Below are positions 24,442 through 36,714 of a stretch of DNA of 64,000 nt, in pieces. The first letter of the stretch is position 1. Every line of letters begins with the position of its first letter. A model generated the notes under the pieces. It was not told where the DNA came from, ran no database searches, and saw only the letters and a program-made list of their open reading frames with translations. The DNA lies in NCBI RefSeq assembly GCF_009914755.1, contig NC_060932.1. One strand, 5' to 3'. Both the position numbers and the translations under genes were made by a program. This DNA comes from the human T2T-CHM13v2.0 reference genome, Homo sapiens.

Positions 24442-24959
24442 CATCTCTGTTTTTAATTCTGACTAGGAAATTATTTTGTATAAGTTTAGTTAAAGGATCA
24501 GCGGAAAAAAATGACTGTGTGAAATTTTATACCAGAAAATATGGATATTACCTTCAAAAGTTGCAATGCATCCATTCATGGGTAAATAAAAATGAATCAA
24601 AATTGGCGTAATGGAAGATATTTTATAAAATGGGTAATTCATGTTCAAAAATAAACTTTTTTCCCTTAGCATACATTTCGTGTTTGAAATCTTACTTATA
24701 ATTGGTAAATTGTCTAAGTGATATCATGATGTAATTGATGAAGAAAGGTGATTTGAACAGGTGATGCTCAAGGACTGTCTCCCTCATGCCTCAGTAAACT
24801 CCCCCTACATAGTCCTCATGGAGCCCAGCGAGAGGCAGAAACTCTCCTAGCAGTAGGGCTGGGCTGTTGGAGCTGATCCCCTTCAGTTGGCTGGCAGTGT
24901 GGACCCTGTCATGGGTGACAGGTGGGGACCCATAGTCTTTGGCAAGCTCAAGCAGGATG

Positions 24960-25305
24960 GCATGGGCTATACCGTGTCCCTCAAAACTCAGATGTTGATG
25001 TCTTAACCTTATAATAGGACTGGATTTGAAGATAGGGTTTTAAAGAGGTAATTACATTAAAATGAGCTTATTAGGGTGGGCTCCAATGCAATACAACTGG
25101 GGTCCTCATAAGAAGAGGGAATTTGGACACAGAGACCCACAGAGAGAAGACTATGAGCCATGGAGAGAGGCTGTAGAAGAAACCAACCCTGTGGACACAT
25201 TCATCTAGGACTTCTCCTTCCAGAACTGTGGGACATAAATGTCTCTTGTTTAAGTCCCCCACAGTTGGCCGTATTTTATTACAGTGGCCTTAGCAAATGA
25301 ACACA
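24960..25305 (+). mobile_element. MLT1B/C-type MaLR LTR inserted in the ERV remnant
   Basis: atgggctataccgtgtccctcaaaactcagatgttga...tgtctcttgtttaagtccccacag...tagcaaatgaaca. Confidence 0.8.
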
Positions 25306-27265
25306 CGGGGCAATTGTCCAAATGCCCACAGATGGAAATTGGAATGGTGCGATGGTGGAAGGGGCTGCTTTAGTGGTTGCACCATCTCCGGTGTTTGAGA
25401 GGGTCTGGGGAAAGAGGGTCTGGGGAAACAGCAATTAGAGGGCTGTGGGATGAGCTGACTGGTGCTGGGTGTTGCCAATTCATTGGAGAAAATCTGCCAG
25501 AGGAGAGTGGGGAATATTGATGTAAGGAGAAAGTCAGATGGCTCCTTGGCAGCAGGTAAAGGGACTTGTGGCTAAATGATAAAAAAGCTGAGGAGTGAGC
25601 TTAATTATGAGAAGCTCAGAGTCTGCTTAATTATGAGAAGCTCAGAGTCTGCTTCTCCAAGGGGAAGGCCTCTCCGGGCAAAAACCAGACACTGAGATTT
25701 GTGATGGGGACATTTCAGTCAATGCATTAAATTTTTTTGAATCACAAGATTGTCCCAAACCTTCTACAACTACAGAAATGGCCAACTCCTTCGTTTTAAA
25801 ATCAGGGCTCTTTCCTTGCTTAAAAGGATGCACCATATGTCCTTGCTGGATCTACACCTATGTTCTAACCTGCCCATTGGACAAATAACCTGCATGAGTT
25901 ACAACATTAGCTAACTAAGGATTGCTGGCCTGCTAAGGTAGGAAAGGGCCTCTACCCTAAAGGAGCAGCAGGGCTTAGCTAAATGCACATGGGCAAATGC
26001 AAACAGAACTGGTTCCTGATGGAGCTGGCTCAAGGAGTGCCAGACATAAAGTTGGTTAAGGGAGAATTTTTTGATAAGGGTGATTTTTCCACCATATAGC
26101 ATCTAACACCCTGGCAAGGGCACCATGTGAAACCGATATGTTGTGAGGATAATTCTTGGAAGTAACAATAGCCCATACAAAGTGAAATAGAAATTCCTGA
26201 ATTACTACAGAAGGTGGTTGAAGAAAGGGTAAAAAACCAAAACCTCAGAGTAATGTGCATGCTGGAGTGGGTGTCCTACTTAAGCTGGTTGTGTTTCACA
26301 GGGAACACTGTTTTCCTAAAATGAAAAAGAGCACATTGGAGACAAGAGCACCAGTTTCACTGAGAAAATCAGTGAGGCTTATTTTCTGTTTTTCAGGACT
26401 GAGGTGCTGTTATAGAGTAGGAAACCCTACTTACAATGGGAATGACAAGATCCCCCAAGAAGGGTCAGGCAGTGGCACTTAATCATCAGAAGCTGGTGAG
26501 TGCAATTGTCATGAGTGGTAAGGTCAGAATAGCAGCACAGGATGCCCTGCACACAGGGAGATGGCTTAGAGACATGGTGTTCCCAGGGCCAAGACGGACC
26601 AGTGGTCTCAAGAGCATTGCTTCATTTGTACAATAAAAATACAGCCAAGGATTTTGAGGGAAGCTAGATCAAAAAATATTCATGATCTCTGGCCTGGTTT
26701 CTGGATCTTATTAGACACTTCTCAGACCCAGAATTTACGGAGTGAAGGAGGGCTGGGTTCCCACGAGTAGGGATCCTGTAACACCACGGGAAGTGCATCT
26801 GAAAATCATTACCCTAGTTCTTCCACAAAGGGACCTAAGGGTTGTTCATGCACTGTGGAATTGAAGTACATGACATTTTGAGGACTTCTCAAACAAAAGA
26901 ACTATGTTGAAATAGATTCTCAGGGGTCAGAAATGTCATCATGACATGCTTGTTAGGGCGGTATGTATAGGAGCCCTGACCCAGGTCTGGTTTACTCTTA
27001 CTCTATCCACTGGTCATAATGGCCAGTTCCCTGGTCTGCAAATGTAAAATTCACATGGGCACAATCCATGGCTGGCAGAACAATCATTTTGGTCACTGCC
27101 CTGTGATGCAGGAGTGATGTAGTAGGCAAGGCTTGGTGCCAGCTTCCAGAACTTCTCCCTGTCCTTCCACCTGCCCCATGTCATAGCCAAGATAGTAAAT
27201 GTTTTAAAAATTGCATCCTGGGAGAAATGGCTGATACTAATGCTACTTTTAAAGATATAAAGAAT

Positions 27266-27553
27266 GAGCTGGGCGTGGTGTCTCATGCCTGTAGTCCCAG
27301 CACTTTGGGAGGCTGTGGCAGGTGGATCTCCTGAGCCCAGGATTTCGAGACCAGCCTGGGCAACATGATAAAACCCTGTCTCTACAAAAAATACAAAAAT
27401 TAGCTAGGCATGGTGGTGTGCACCTGTAGTCCCCTACTTGTGAGGCTCAGGCAAGAAGATCACTTGAGCCCAGGAGGTGGAGGTTGCAGTGAGCAGAAAT
27501 GGCACCAGTGCACTCCAGCCTGGGTGTCAGAGTGAGACCCTGAAAAAAAAAAG
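27266..27553 (+). mobile_element. AluJ
   Basis: Diverged dimer with J-type ttgagcccagga; degenerate TSD (tatataagaatg / tatataaaaaatg). Confidence 0.9.
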
Positions 27554-27649
27554 TATATATAAAAAATGCATGAGTGGTGGCTGCCATTTAATTTAACTAC
27601 CAGGCCCCTACAAAAACCAGCTGGATCCAGTAGATAATGGTAGACTTCC

Positions 27650-28050
27650 AAAGATTCCCTGGATTGGGGGGAAGTCCGGAGAAAATCAGGTGTCACAAGC
27701 TTCTAGGTTTTCCTTCCCAGTAGTGTCACATAGGACACACTGAATTCTTCCAGTGAAGATGTGTGACATGTACAAAATGCTACCCATTAAGAAAGTGCAC
27801 CTGAGCCTCAGAGCCTGAGGTTTTTATGGAGGGTTGGTCATGCAGGCATAGAGCACTTGCCTGACTTTCTTCTGTTACTGAAGCGCCAGATCTCCATAGA
27901 ACACATGTTGCTCTAAACTAGCCAGACAACTGGTACCATGTGGCTTAAGACCTCAGGAATGCAAAAAAACATTCCAGAGGCTCATTCCCAGGTACAGCCA
28001 AGGGCGAGCCATATGAACAGGACTTTCTTGGAACTGCACCTTTCCCACAC
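27650..28050 (-). mobile_element. MER21-type LTR fragment
   Basis: cacctgagcctcagagcctgaggtttttatggagggttggtcatgcaggcata. Confidence 0.65.
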
Positions 28051-31000
28051 ATGCACCCACAGCTTACAAAAGATGTGTGACCAGTGGTACAGAAAGTTCA
28101 AAGATGAAGATATGGGTCGGTCCTCTGGGTAAACCATTTGTCTCAGAAGAGGTGCTGGTCAGGAAACACAGGCCAGAGAGGGTGGGAGTCACTGTGACCT
28201 CAAGTCCTCTGCAGTGGCAGGAATTAAACTTCATCCCACTTACCTTCCTTGTATAAGTTTTCCCAGAAAAAGAACCAATCTGAGCCCCTGAGGAGATGCT
28301 CCTCAGGGATGAACTTACTATCCAAAGCCAGTGGATTCAAGCAATGCAAAGGCAGGATGTGGGGCCTGGCAGTGCCGCCCAGGTTCCCCCCCAGGACAAG
28401 CCCACCGAGGCCCACTCACTTCAGTCCAGCATCTCTCACTGCTCAGCCCTGCTTTCCTTACTCTCTTTCAGCATTTTCCCAAGAAAAGTCTTTAATAAAA
28501 CTGTGGGCAAATTTGTCTGTCTTCCAGGGAACAGAGCCTGAGTTCCTACAGTCAGATAATCAGATGCACTCTGCATTTCATAGACGAGGATCTGAGGCAT
28601 ATCAAAATAAGCAGCTTCCTCATATTGAGAATGGGGATTTGTGGGGAAATGGGAGTAATATAGATCGGGGGAAAATGGTGTTTAAATTTCGATCTGACAT
28701 GAAAAGCAATCAAAATTTAAACAAAAAGAATTTGATAATTCTTTGGTCTTACTGATACTATGGAATGTCTGCTAGACAATAAAGGGTGTTCATGTTCCCA
28801 ATCTGTTTCATAGGCTTCCAAATTATCAGTATATTGACCGTTACTCAGAGTAATTATCCAACTCACTGGGTGTAGGATTTGCAAGCCAGAAACACAGATG
28901 TGGCTTGAGCCAGTTATGTTCATTTAGTTACTTTACCACAGGAAGGAGGAAGTGTGACAGTATTGAAAAACAAAAAAACAAAAAAACAAAAAACAAGTGC
29001 AGCTCAGAGAATCCTAAACGGAGAACATACTGAGGAAAGGTCTTTGCATCAGAAAGGGGAACTCACCTCCCCCCAGTGTATGAGTTAACATTGAGGCTGA
29101 GGTGGAAATATCTTGTTGCTACTAGTAAATTTAACTACCAGAGATATCACTCAGCTGCTCTGTGGCTTTCTAGATGGTGTCAAGGATGCCTATGGAGGAA
29201 ACCTCAAGAATCCAGACCAGTGCTTGGTAATAATTGATCAAAAAGTGTTTTTATAGCATGATTACTATTTGGCAGCCAGGCAGGAGAGATGCAGGGCAGA
29301 GGAGAGAAGACGAAAACTGATATTAATTTGGTTTTTAGTGTTTTCATATTTGCATGATGGGCAACTGACTCATTATTCCATCCAATAGTAATACAGATAT
29401 GAATCAGGAAATTATTTAACTTAATTTTCTTATGCTTTAAGGGGCTCAGGAAAAAGGGCAAAAGAGAAATACTTGTAAGTTGTGTAAACAATGTAAGTTA
29501 GGGCATGTGGTGGGAATGAGGCTGCCACATTCAAGTGGAAGGAAATGACTGGGCCTGCTTAGCAGAGCAAAAGATTTGTGTTAGGATCAAGAACAATAAA
29601 ACATTCTGGTGACATCAGCCTTTGCTCCTTGGCAGCCCGGCATCTGAAGACCTATTTTGGGGGAACCTAACACTCTGTGCCACTCCCTATTGACGTCCGA
29701 GTTGATTTTAATGGTCAGAGTGCAAGCTAATCTCTTATAACAATAAGAACATGATACGGCCTAGAAAGGGAATTTTATTTCATTCTCTGGTACTAGCCCT
29801 GAGGTGGGAAAGCTATTCTCACAGTGTAGCTTCTTCCAAGATGGTTTCAGTTAGTAACATTCTCCAGCCAGTAAGCCAAAAAGAAGTCCACGCCAAGTGG
29901 CTTGGTCTCTAAGGAGATGATCTTGAAGATAAACAACGCATTTCTCACAGTTCACTGGCCCCGACATATTCCCTGTTGCAAGGGAGGCTGAGAAATGGGT
30001 TGCCTAGTCGGGTGGATGATGCCCAATAAATGTTAAAAATGAAAGAAGAGAGTAGATACTGAAAGACAGCAGTTTTTGCTACAAGGATACATATTTTCTC
30101 CATATCCATGAAGCTAGAGCCAATCGCCTGGCCTAGGGTTAGCCACTAAGTTCAGCCCGCTGGGGGCTCTGTGTTGGTGGCTTCATCATAGTTGACAGCA
30201 GGACCCTTGCCATTTTCTGCCTGTGGTGTGACTTGGGCAAGTGCTTCTCTGCTTAAATGTACTTGGTTCTTGTCATTTTCTAAGCCTGGATTTTTCCTGA
30301 GTGACTCCCAGAAGTGCAATAGCTCTCAGGACAGAGTTTACAATATCACGTAATATGGGTTGAAAAACAGGATTTATCGGGAAAGCATATGAGCCAGGGG
30401 TCAGTAAGAGAGGGCACTCTGAGCCCCAGTCTCTCATCCCCCAAGAAGAAGGAGGGCAATAATTTTCTGGAGAACATACTGTAATATTATGTTGTTTTGG
30501 GCTGCCTTCTTCTAGATAAGAACAACTTTCTCAGCGGATCACTAAACAGCCAGGGTGTAAGGAGGCAGATTTGGGGTGCCCACTGGATTTAGGATGCTAC
30601 TTTTTAGAGGCTGTCTAGAAGATCCAGCAGCCTGGCCCTTGAGATGTGTGGCTGTGGCAATTTTAGCTCCAGTGCCATGGGAAGTGGTTTGGGTGCACCT
30701 CCTCCCGTGTCCTGGCTCTGGCAATTCATGTACCTGATGACCCCCTGTAAGCTCCCAGGATCTTTTCTGGAGAATCCTGCTCATGAGAGCACACTGCTCT
30801 ATGCTTCCTAATGATTGTATGAACTGACCACCATCCTCCCATTACATTGTTTCCTGATTCTAGATGAGATTGGTTTCTGTTGTGTAAAATCATGACAATT
30901 AATGGATAGACTACAGACAATTCAGAGAAATATAAAATTTAAACAAACAATTGAATTATATGTATTGAAACTGAAATGAATTTCAAATAAAGTTTGATAT

Positions 31001-33314
31001 TATTATTTCCTTTTTCATATATCACTTGTGGAGGCCCAGAGATAGTCAATAACTAGTTTTTGGCAACCTTTTCTGCAACAATTATGAAATGAAACAGTGT
31101 TTTAATGCAGATTCCCATGTGTTTATAGAGTACATGCTACACATATTCATTTGCAGCATTAGTTATTAGGAGTGACTATGCTATGCTTAATATAGCACAT
31201 TTATTGGCCTGAATATCATGACACACTTAAAATTCTTGACATCTTACATGGACAATCAGATATTTTATAACCGCAGATTAGAATAAGATCTAGACACTTT
31301 AAGTCTTCCAAGACAGTCAGATATTGATCCTCTCATACTGCACACATGGCCAGTGGTCTGTGACAACACAGGGCCATGGTGAATTATTAGCAAGTTTAGT
31401 CATTGTTCTTGCCATGGATTTCCATGCTCCAGAAAGCAGCAATCTGATATCTATTTACTACTGCATCCAATGTCAATAAATTTAGAAAGGGTAATAGTAT
31501 CTTACATGTGATAAACAGATCATCTCTCAGAAGGGTTGCAGTTGACTAATTAGAACTTAGTCTTTCTGAATCCTTTCTCAACCATTTAAGAGGCTGATAT
31601 CTCAGTAGGGCACATCCTACAACTTGTCTGAACAGGAGTGTGCAGAGGACAGCTCCATTTTCCCTGCTGGTTTTCAGCATGTCATTGGAATTAGACAGTC
31701 ACTCTCTTCTTGTCATTATCAAATAAAAATGTTAGCACCCTCGACTCTAGGACAAAAGACTTGCTGAGCATGTGATTGTGATTAATTTTAGTACTTGGAT
31801 ATTTAAAAAAAAACTTGAATCAGCAATCAGGTAAAAATTACTCTAATTATGTCAGTTATAGCATTTAAATCTAAGCCCTGTTGTGACATTTTAATTATTA
31901 CCCGAGGATGTAATCCTTATTACCAGGCAAAGAAGGGATGCATTAGTTTTATTACATTTTTAGAACCTAAACTACCATATCTGTCAGGTTTTGTGCTGGG
32001 CATTGCTGAAGCTGAAATGAATAGAGGTACCTCCATCTTTGACCTGCTCACAATTTAATATGTGAGAGAAGTAAATAACTTAATAAAATGTGAGTAGTGT
32101 TATGATTCAAAGACACAAAAACTAGGGTCAGGTGAGAGTGGTACCTGAACACCATGATGCCACTAGCCAGGAGAGGTGGGATGGCCTAGTGGGTGGAAGA
32201 GTACAGAGGACAGAGAGAACACTCGAAATGAACCTGCAAACTGACAGCCAAAACTTATGAAGAAATCTCCTGCTAAGAAAGCCAGCCAACAGAGTCACAA
32301 CTGTGACAGAATGCACATGGAATGATGCTAATTTCATAGAGGGTTTCAACCAAGACTTCATAGTAATCATGTTAAAGAAGGTCAGAGAAACAAATGAAAG
32401 AATTATGAAAAACAGGACAGAAATAAAGCAACAAAATTTAAATAGGTAAATACATATACATACATATGTATGTATTTGTGTGTGTGTATACATACACACA
32501 AGCTAAATTTTAGGTAAGACATAGTTAAAAGGAGAAGTAGTAAATTGGAAGAAACACTGTGGTACTCACTCAAAATGCAGTACAGACAATAAAGGATAAA
32601 TTAACTAAATTTACATTTATATTAAGGTTTTAAAGTACACACATGCATACATGTGGCTGAGACATAAAAATTATGTAGAAAGATCTCAACCTCTAAAGTT
32701 CAAATTGTGAGTCATTCCAATACATATTAGTGGGCTAAACTCAAATATTTCAAAAAACAGATATCATTAGGAAAAAATACAGTTAAAGGATACTTGTAAG
32801 TGATTGTTGATACAGAGAGAACAGCAAGTTGAAAATTAAGGGATACAAAAAGATATACTTTATGATTACTCAGATAAAAAGCTGGTACTACAATATTATA
32901 TTAGGCTAATTAAACAAACAGCACAAAGGTAAAACGTTAGTAATGATAAAAGAAGACAAAGCAAATATCCACTCAGACAATATTATAATCGTGATTATTG
33001 CGTGCCCCATCCCAAAACTTCAAAATTCATAAAACAAAAATCAATATAATTAGATGATATACAGGAAACTGGTAGATCAAGCAGTAACACATTGGTAAGT
33101 ATAAGAATTATTTGCTTAAAATGTTAAGTAATGCAATCTAGCAGACACATGTAACATAATGGCAGTATACAGTAAATAAATAATGTTTGTTATTCTCAAG
33201 TGCATAGAAAGCCACTTCCATAGACTACTTCAAAAATGAGTAAAAATCAGAAATTATCTCATGACAAGGCAGAAGGTTTAGAAATCATCAATTAAAAGAT
33301 AGCACTTAGAAAAT

Positions 33315-34230
33315 AATAGCTGCTGGCAAGGTTGCAGAGAAAAAGGAACGCTTATACGCTGTTGGTGGGAGTGGAAATTAGTTCAACCATTGTGGAAAAC
33401 AGTGTGGCAATTCCTTAAAGACCTAAAAACAGAACAATCATTTGACTCAGCAACCCCATTACTGGACATATGCCCAAAGGAATATAAATTGTATCATAAA
33501 GACGCCTGTAATCTCAGCACTTTGGGAGGCCAAGGCGGGCAGATCACAAGGTCAGGAGCTGGAGACCATCCTGGCTAACACGGTGAAACCCCATCTCTGC
33601 TAAAAATACAAAAATTAGTCGGGCATGGTAGTGTCTGCCTATAGTCCCAGCTACTCAGGAGGCTGAGGCAGGAGAATGGTGTGAACCCGGGAGGTGGAAC
33701 TTGCAGTGAGCCGAGATCGCCCACTGCACTCCAGCCTGGGCAACGGAGGGAGACTCCATCTCAATGCACATGTATGTTCATTGCAGCACTATTCACAATA
33801 GCAATGACATGGAATTAACCTAGATGCCCATCAGTGGTAGACTGGATAAAGAAAATGTGATACATAGACACCATGGAATATTATGCAGCCCTAAGAAAGA
33901 ATGAGATCATGTCCTTTGCAGGAAGACGAATGGGGCTGGAGGCCATGATCCTTAGCAAACTGACACAGAAACAGAAAACTAAATACCACATGTTCTCACG
34001 TAAAAGTGGGAGTTAAATAATGAGAACACATAGACACATCGAGGGGCACAACAGACACTGGGGTCTATTGGAGGGTGAAGGGCGGGAGGAGGGGGAGGAT
34101 CAGGATAATAACTAACGGGTACTTGGCTTAATACCTGGGTAATGAAAGAATCTGTACAGCAAATGCCACAACACGTGTTACCTGTGTAACAAACCTGCAC
34201 ATGTACCCTTGAACTTCAAAGTTAAAGAAA
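33315..34230 (+). mobile_element. L1PA (old, PA13-16-like) 3' end, split by an Alu and set in older L1M debris (about 32140-34510)
   Basis: MWKTVWQFLKDLKTE ORF2 C-terminus; 3' UTR ending tgtaacaaacctgcacatgtacccttgaactt. Confidence 0.9.
33502..33764 (+). mobile_element. AluY/Sc-like element lacking its 5' 20 nt, poly(A) tail and TSD
   Basis: Starts acgcctgtaatc, ends gactccatctcaa directly into L1 tgcacatgtatgttcattgcagc. Confidence 0.93.
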
Positions 34231-34544
34231 GTCTTACACTTTTGGAAAAGAGGAAGCATTCCTAAACACTCAAGAAATGTGATAATTGTAGTTATAAAAT
34301 ATTTTGAAATAAATGACAAGAAGTGTAATTTTGGAGTAACTAAAAGGAAGAAGAATTAAAGCATAACAGAAAATAAAGAAATACAAAACCAAGAGACAAG
34401 AGAGGATTAAATATTTCTTTGAAAAAATTGGCTTTAGTAGACAAAGGTGTAGCAAAACTAATTATTAAAGCAGAGAGGGAGAAGAGGCCTAAATAAATGA
34501 TATTAACAACAAAAAGGAAGGACGGTCAGGTGAAGTAGATATTT

Positions 34545-34970
34545 ATTATTTGTTTATTTTGTTTTTATTTAATTGTGTATATTTAAGATGTACAACATGA
34601 TATGACATTTAGAAATATCTATACATGCTAAAATGATTACTACACTCAAGCAAATTAACACAGCCATATCATATGGTTCTTTTATTTTGTATGTGTGCAT
34701 GTGTGTGTGTGTGTGTTAAGAGCACCTGAAATCTGCTCTCTTGGAAAATTTCCAGTACGCAGTGGAACAGTATTAGCTACAATCCTGCTGTACATTAGAT
34801 CTCTAGACGTATTCATCCCACATAACTGCAGCTTTTGTACCCTTGGCCAACATCTCCTGACTCCCCGATCTCCCTGCCTCGGGTAATCACTCTTCTGTTG
34901 TCTGTTTCAGTTTTTTAGATTCCACATGTAAGTGGGATCATGTAGCTGTCTTTTTGTCCTGTGTCTGGAG
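34545..34970 (-). mobile_element. L1MA-type 3' end
   Basis: ttgtgtatatttaagatgtacaacatg...ttagattccacatgtaagtgggatcatg. Confidence 0.8.
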
Positions 34971-35204
34971 TAATATTTGAAAGGAACCATGATGGCATAC
35001 TACAGTAAATGTTTTGAATACATTTGAAAACCTAGCTGACATGAATAATTTTTTAGCAATGTATACGCTACAAAAATTGTGTTAGGAATACACAACCAAT
35101 AGCCACTGAACAAATCGAATCAGCAATGGCCACAATCACCCCTCAATGTAAAGGGAGCCACAATTTGATGCGTAAGTCAACTGAGTCTGTGAAAGGGCAA
35201 AGCA

Positions 35205-35708
<504 letters not shown>

Positions 35709-36139
35709 TCAATGTTTCCTAGAGTGCTTTCTTGCTCCGCTTTGACCGTGGGACTCTGCCTTGCCTCACTGAAACTGTGGGCAGGTATGTTCAGTCTCCC
35801 CAGCCAGATAGCAGGCTGCTTGTACATCCCACACGTGCCCAGCGTGGTGCTGCAGGTGGAGTGTGTGATTGTATCTAAGGCTGAGGAGACACTTGTGTAT
35901 CGCCTCCCTCTCTGTAGTCACCAGCGGTTGTGATATTAAAGAGGCTGAGTCCAAAAGAGCATTGGGCCAAGTCCTTCCCTGCTGACTGCAGCCAAACTTG
36001 GCAGGCTGCTGCGTTCGGAGGGCCTTTGGCAGGCTGGAGGGCAGACGTGCAGAGAGTGCTTGCTTGCTGCCTCTGGCTGGCTGTGTGCCCACCTCACTCC
36101 GAGTCACCCACAGCTCAGGTTCCAGCCAGCCTGGGGCTT

Positions 36140-36150
36140 CTAAATATAAG
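36140..36150 (+). promoter_or_regulatory. PPDPFL core promoter: TATA box overlapping a MEF2 consensus
   Basis: CTAAATATAA (36140-36149) fits YTAWWWWTAR; lies about 160 nt before a strong donor; E-boxes CACGTG 35832 and CAGGTG 35853 upstream. Confidence 0.65.
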
Positions 36151-36172
36151 GTGTGCTCAGGGGTCCCCCATC

Positions 36173-36311
36173 ACGGACCTACCACTGGCCCTGCGTATGT
36201 GGTGCAGCCTCTCTTCAATCCCTAAGAACTGGTTCTTTCAAAGCATGTATTTTCTGAAGAAACTTTAGAACCACGTTTATTTTAAAAGAACGAATTGGAG
36301 AAAACAAATCG
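36173..36311 (+). other. PPDPFL: PPDPFL non-coding exon 1 (start inferred about 30 nt after the TATA box)
   Basis: Donor TCG|GTGAGT at 36311/36312; next acceptor ttttctctgtcgctgtttcag at 36615. Confidence 0.7.
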
Positions 36312-36659
36312 GTGAGTGACTACCTCATGGCTGAGTTAACACTTCTCTGACCTTTAGGTCTGTTTTAGATGGAGTAAGTTCTGTGCATTGTGTATAGTTG
36401 GATGTATAGTTTTTCTTTTTCACCTAAATGTACTACTTAATTGCATCTTTTTATTGCGGTATATTTGGTTGAACTTTTGTGTAAACATTTAAATTCCTTT
36501 TATCATATATTTATTACATGGTAAATGATAATACTTTGTAACAGTCACGTGGAAAAAAGAAAAGGAAACTCCCTGTTATTCATATCAATGTCTCTTTTCT
36601 CTGTCGCTGTTTCAGATTAATGCTCACAGCTTCTTGGGTGCTTTCTCACGGGTAAAGCC

Positions 36660-36714
36660 ATGGCATCCGTACCTTCCATTGGTTGCCTTCTAGCCAGAAA
36701 TCAGTATTATCGAA
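36660..36714 (+). CDS. PPDPFL: PPDPFL coding exon 1 (exon 36616-36714), [18 protein letters not shown]
   Basis: Strong Kozak gccATGG; donor GAA|GTAAGT. Confidence 0.95.

Larger units (their letters stand above)
24770..28545 (+). mobile_element. Degenerate class III ERV (HERV16-like internal region with LTR16-like 3' LTR at about 28358-28545), hosting later insertions
   Basis: Recalled similarity to HERV16/ERVL gag-pro-pol (ctggcctgctaaggtaggaaagggcctctaccctaaaggagcagcagg; ttctcagacccagaa; aggcccctacaaaaaccagctggatcc) and LTR16 start (gtgccgcccaggttcccccc); no open frames. Confidence 0.65.

Noticed and set aside
28249-28755. 168-aa ORF
   Set aside because: TTG start, runs through an LTR16-like remnant, no domain or exon structure
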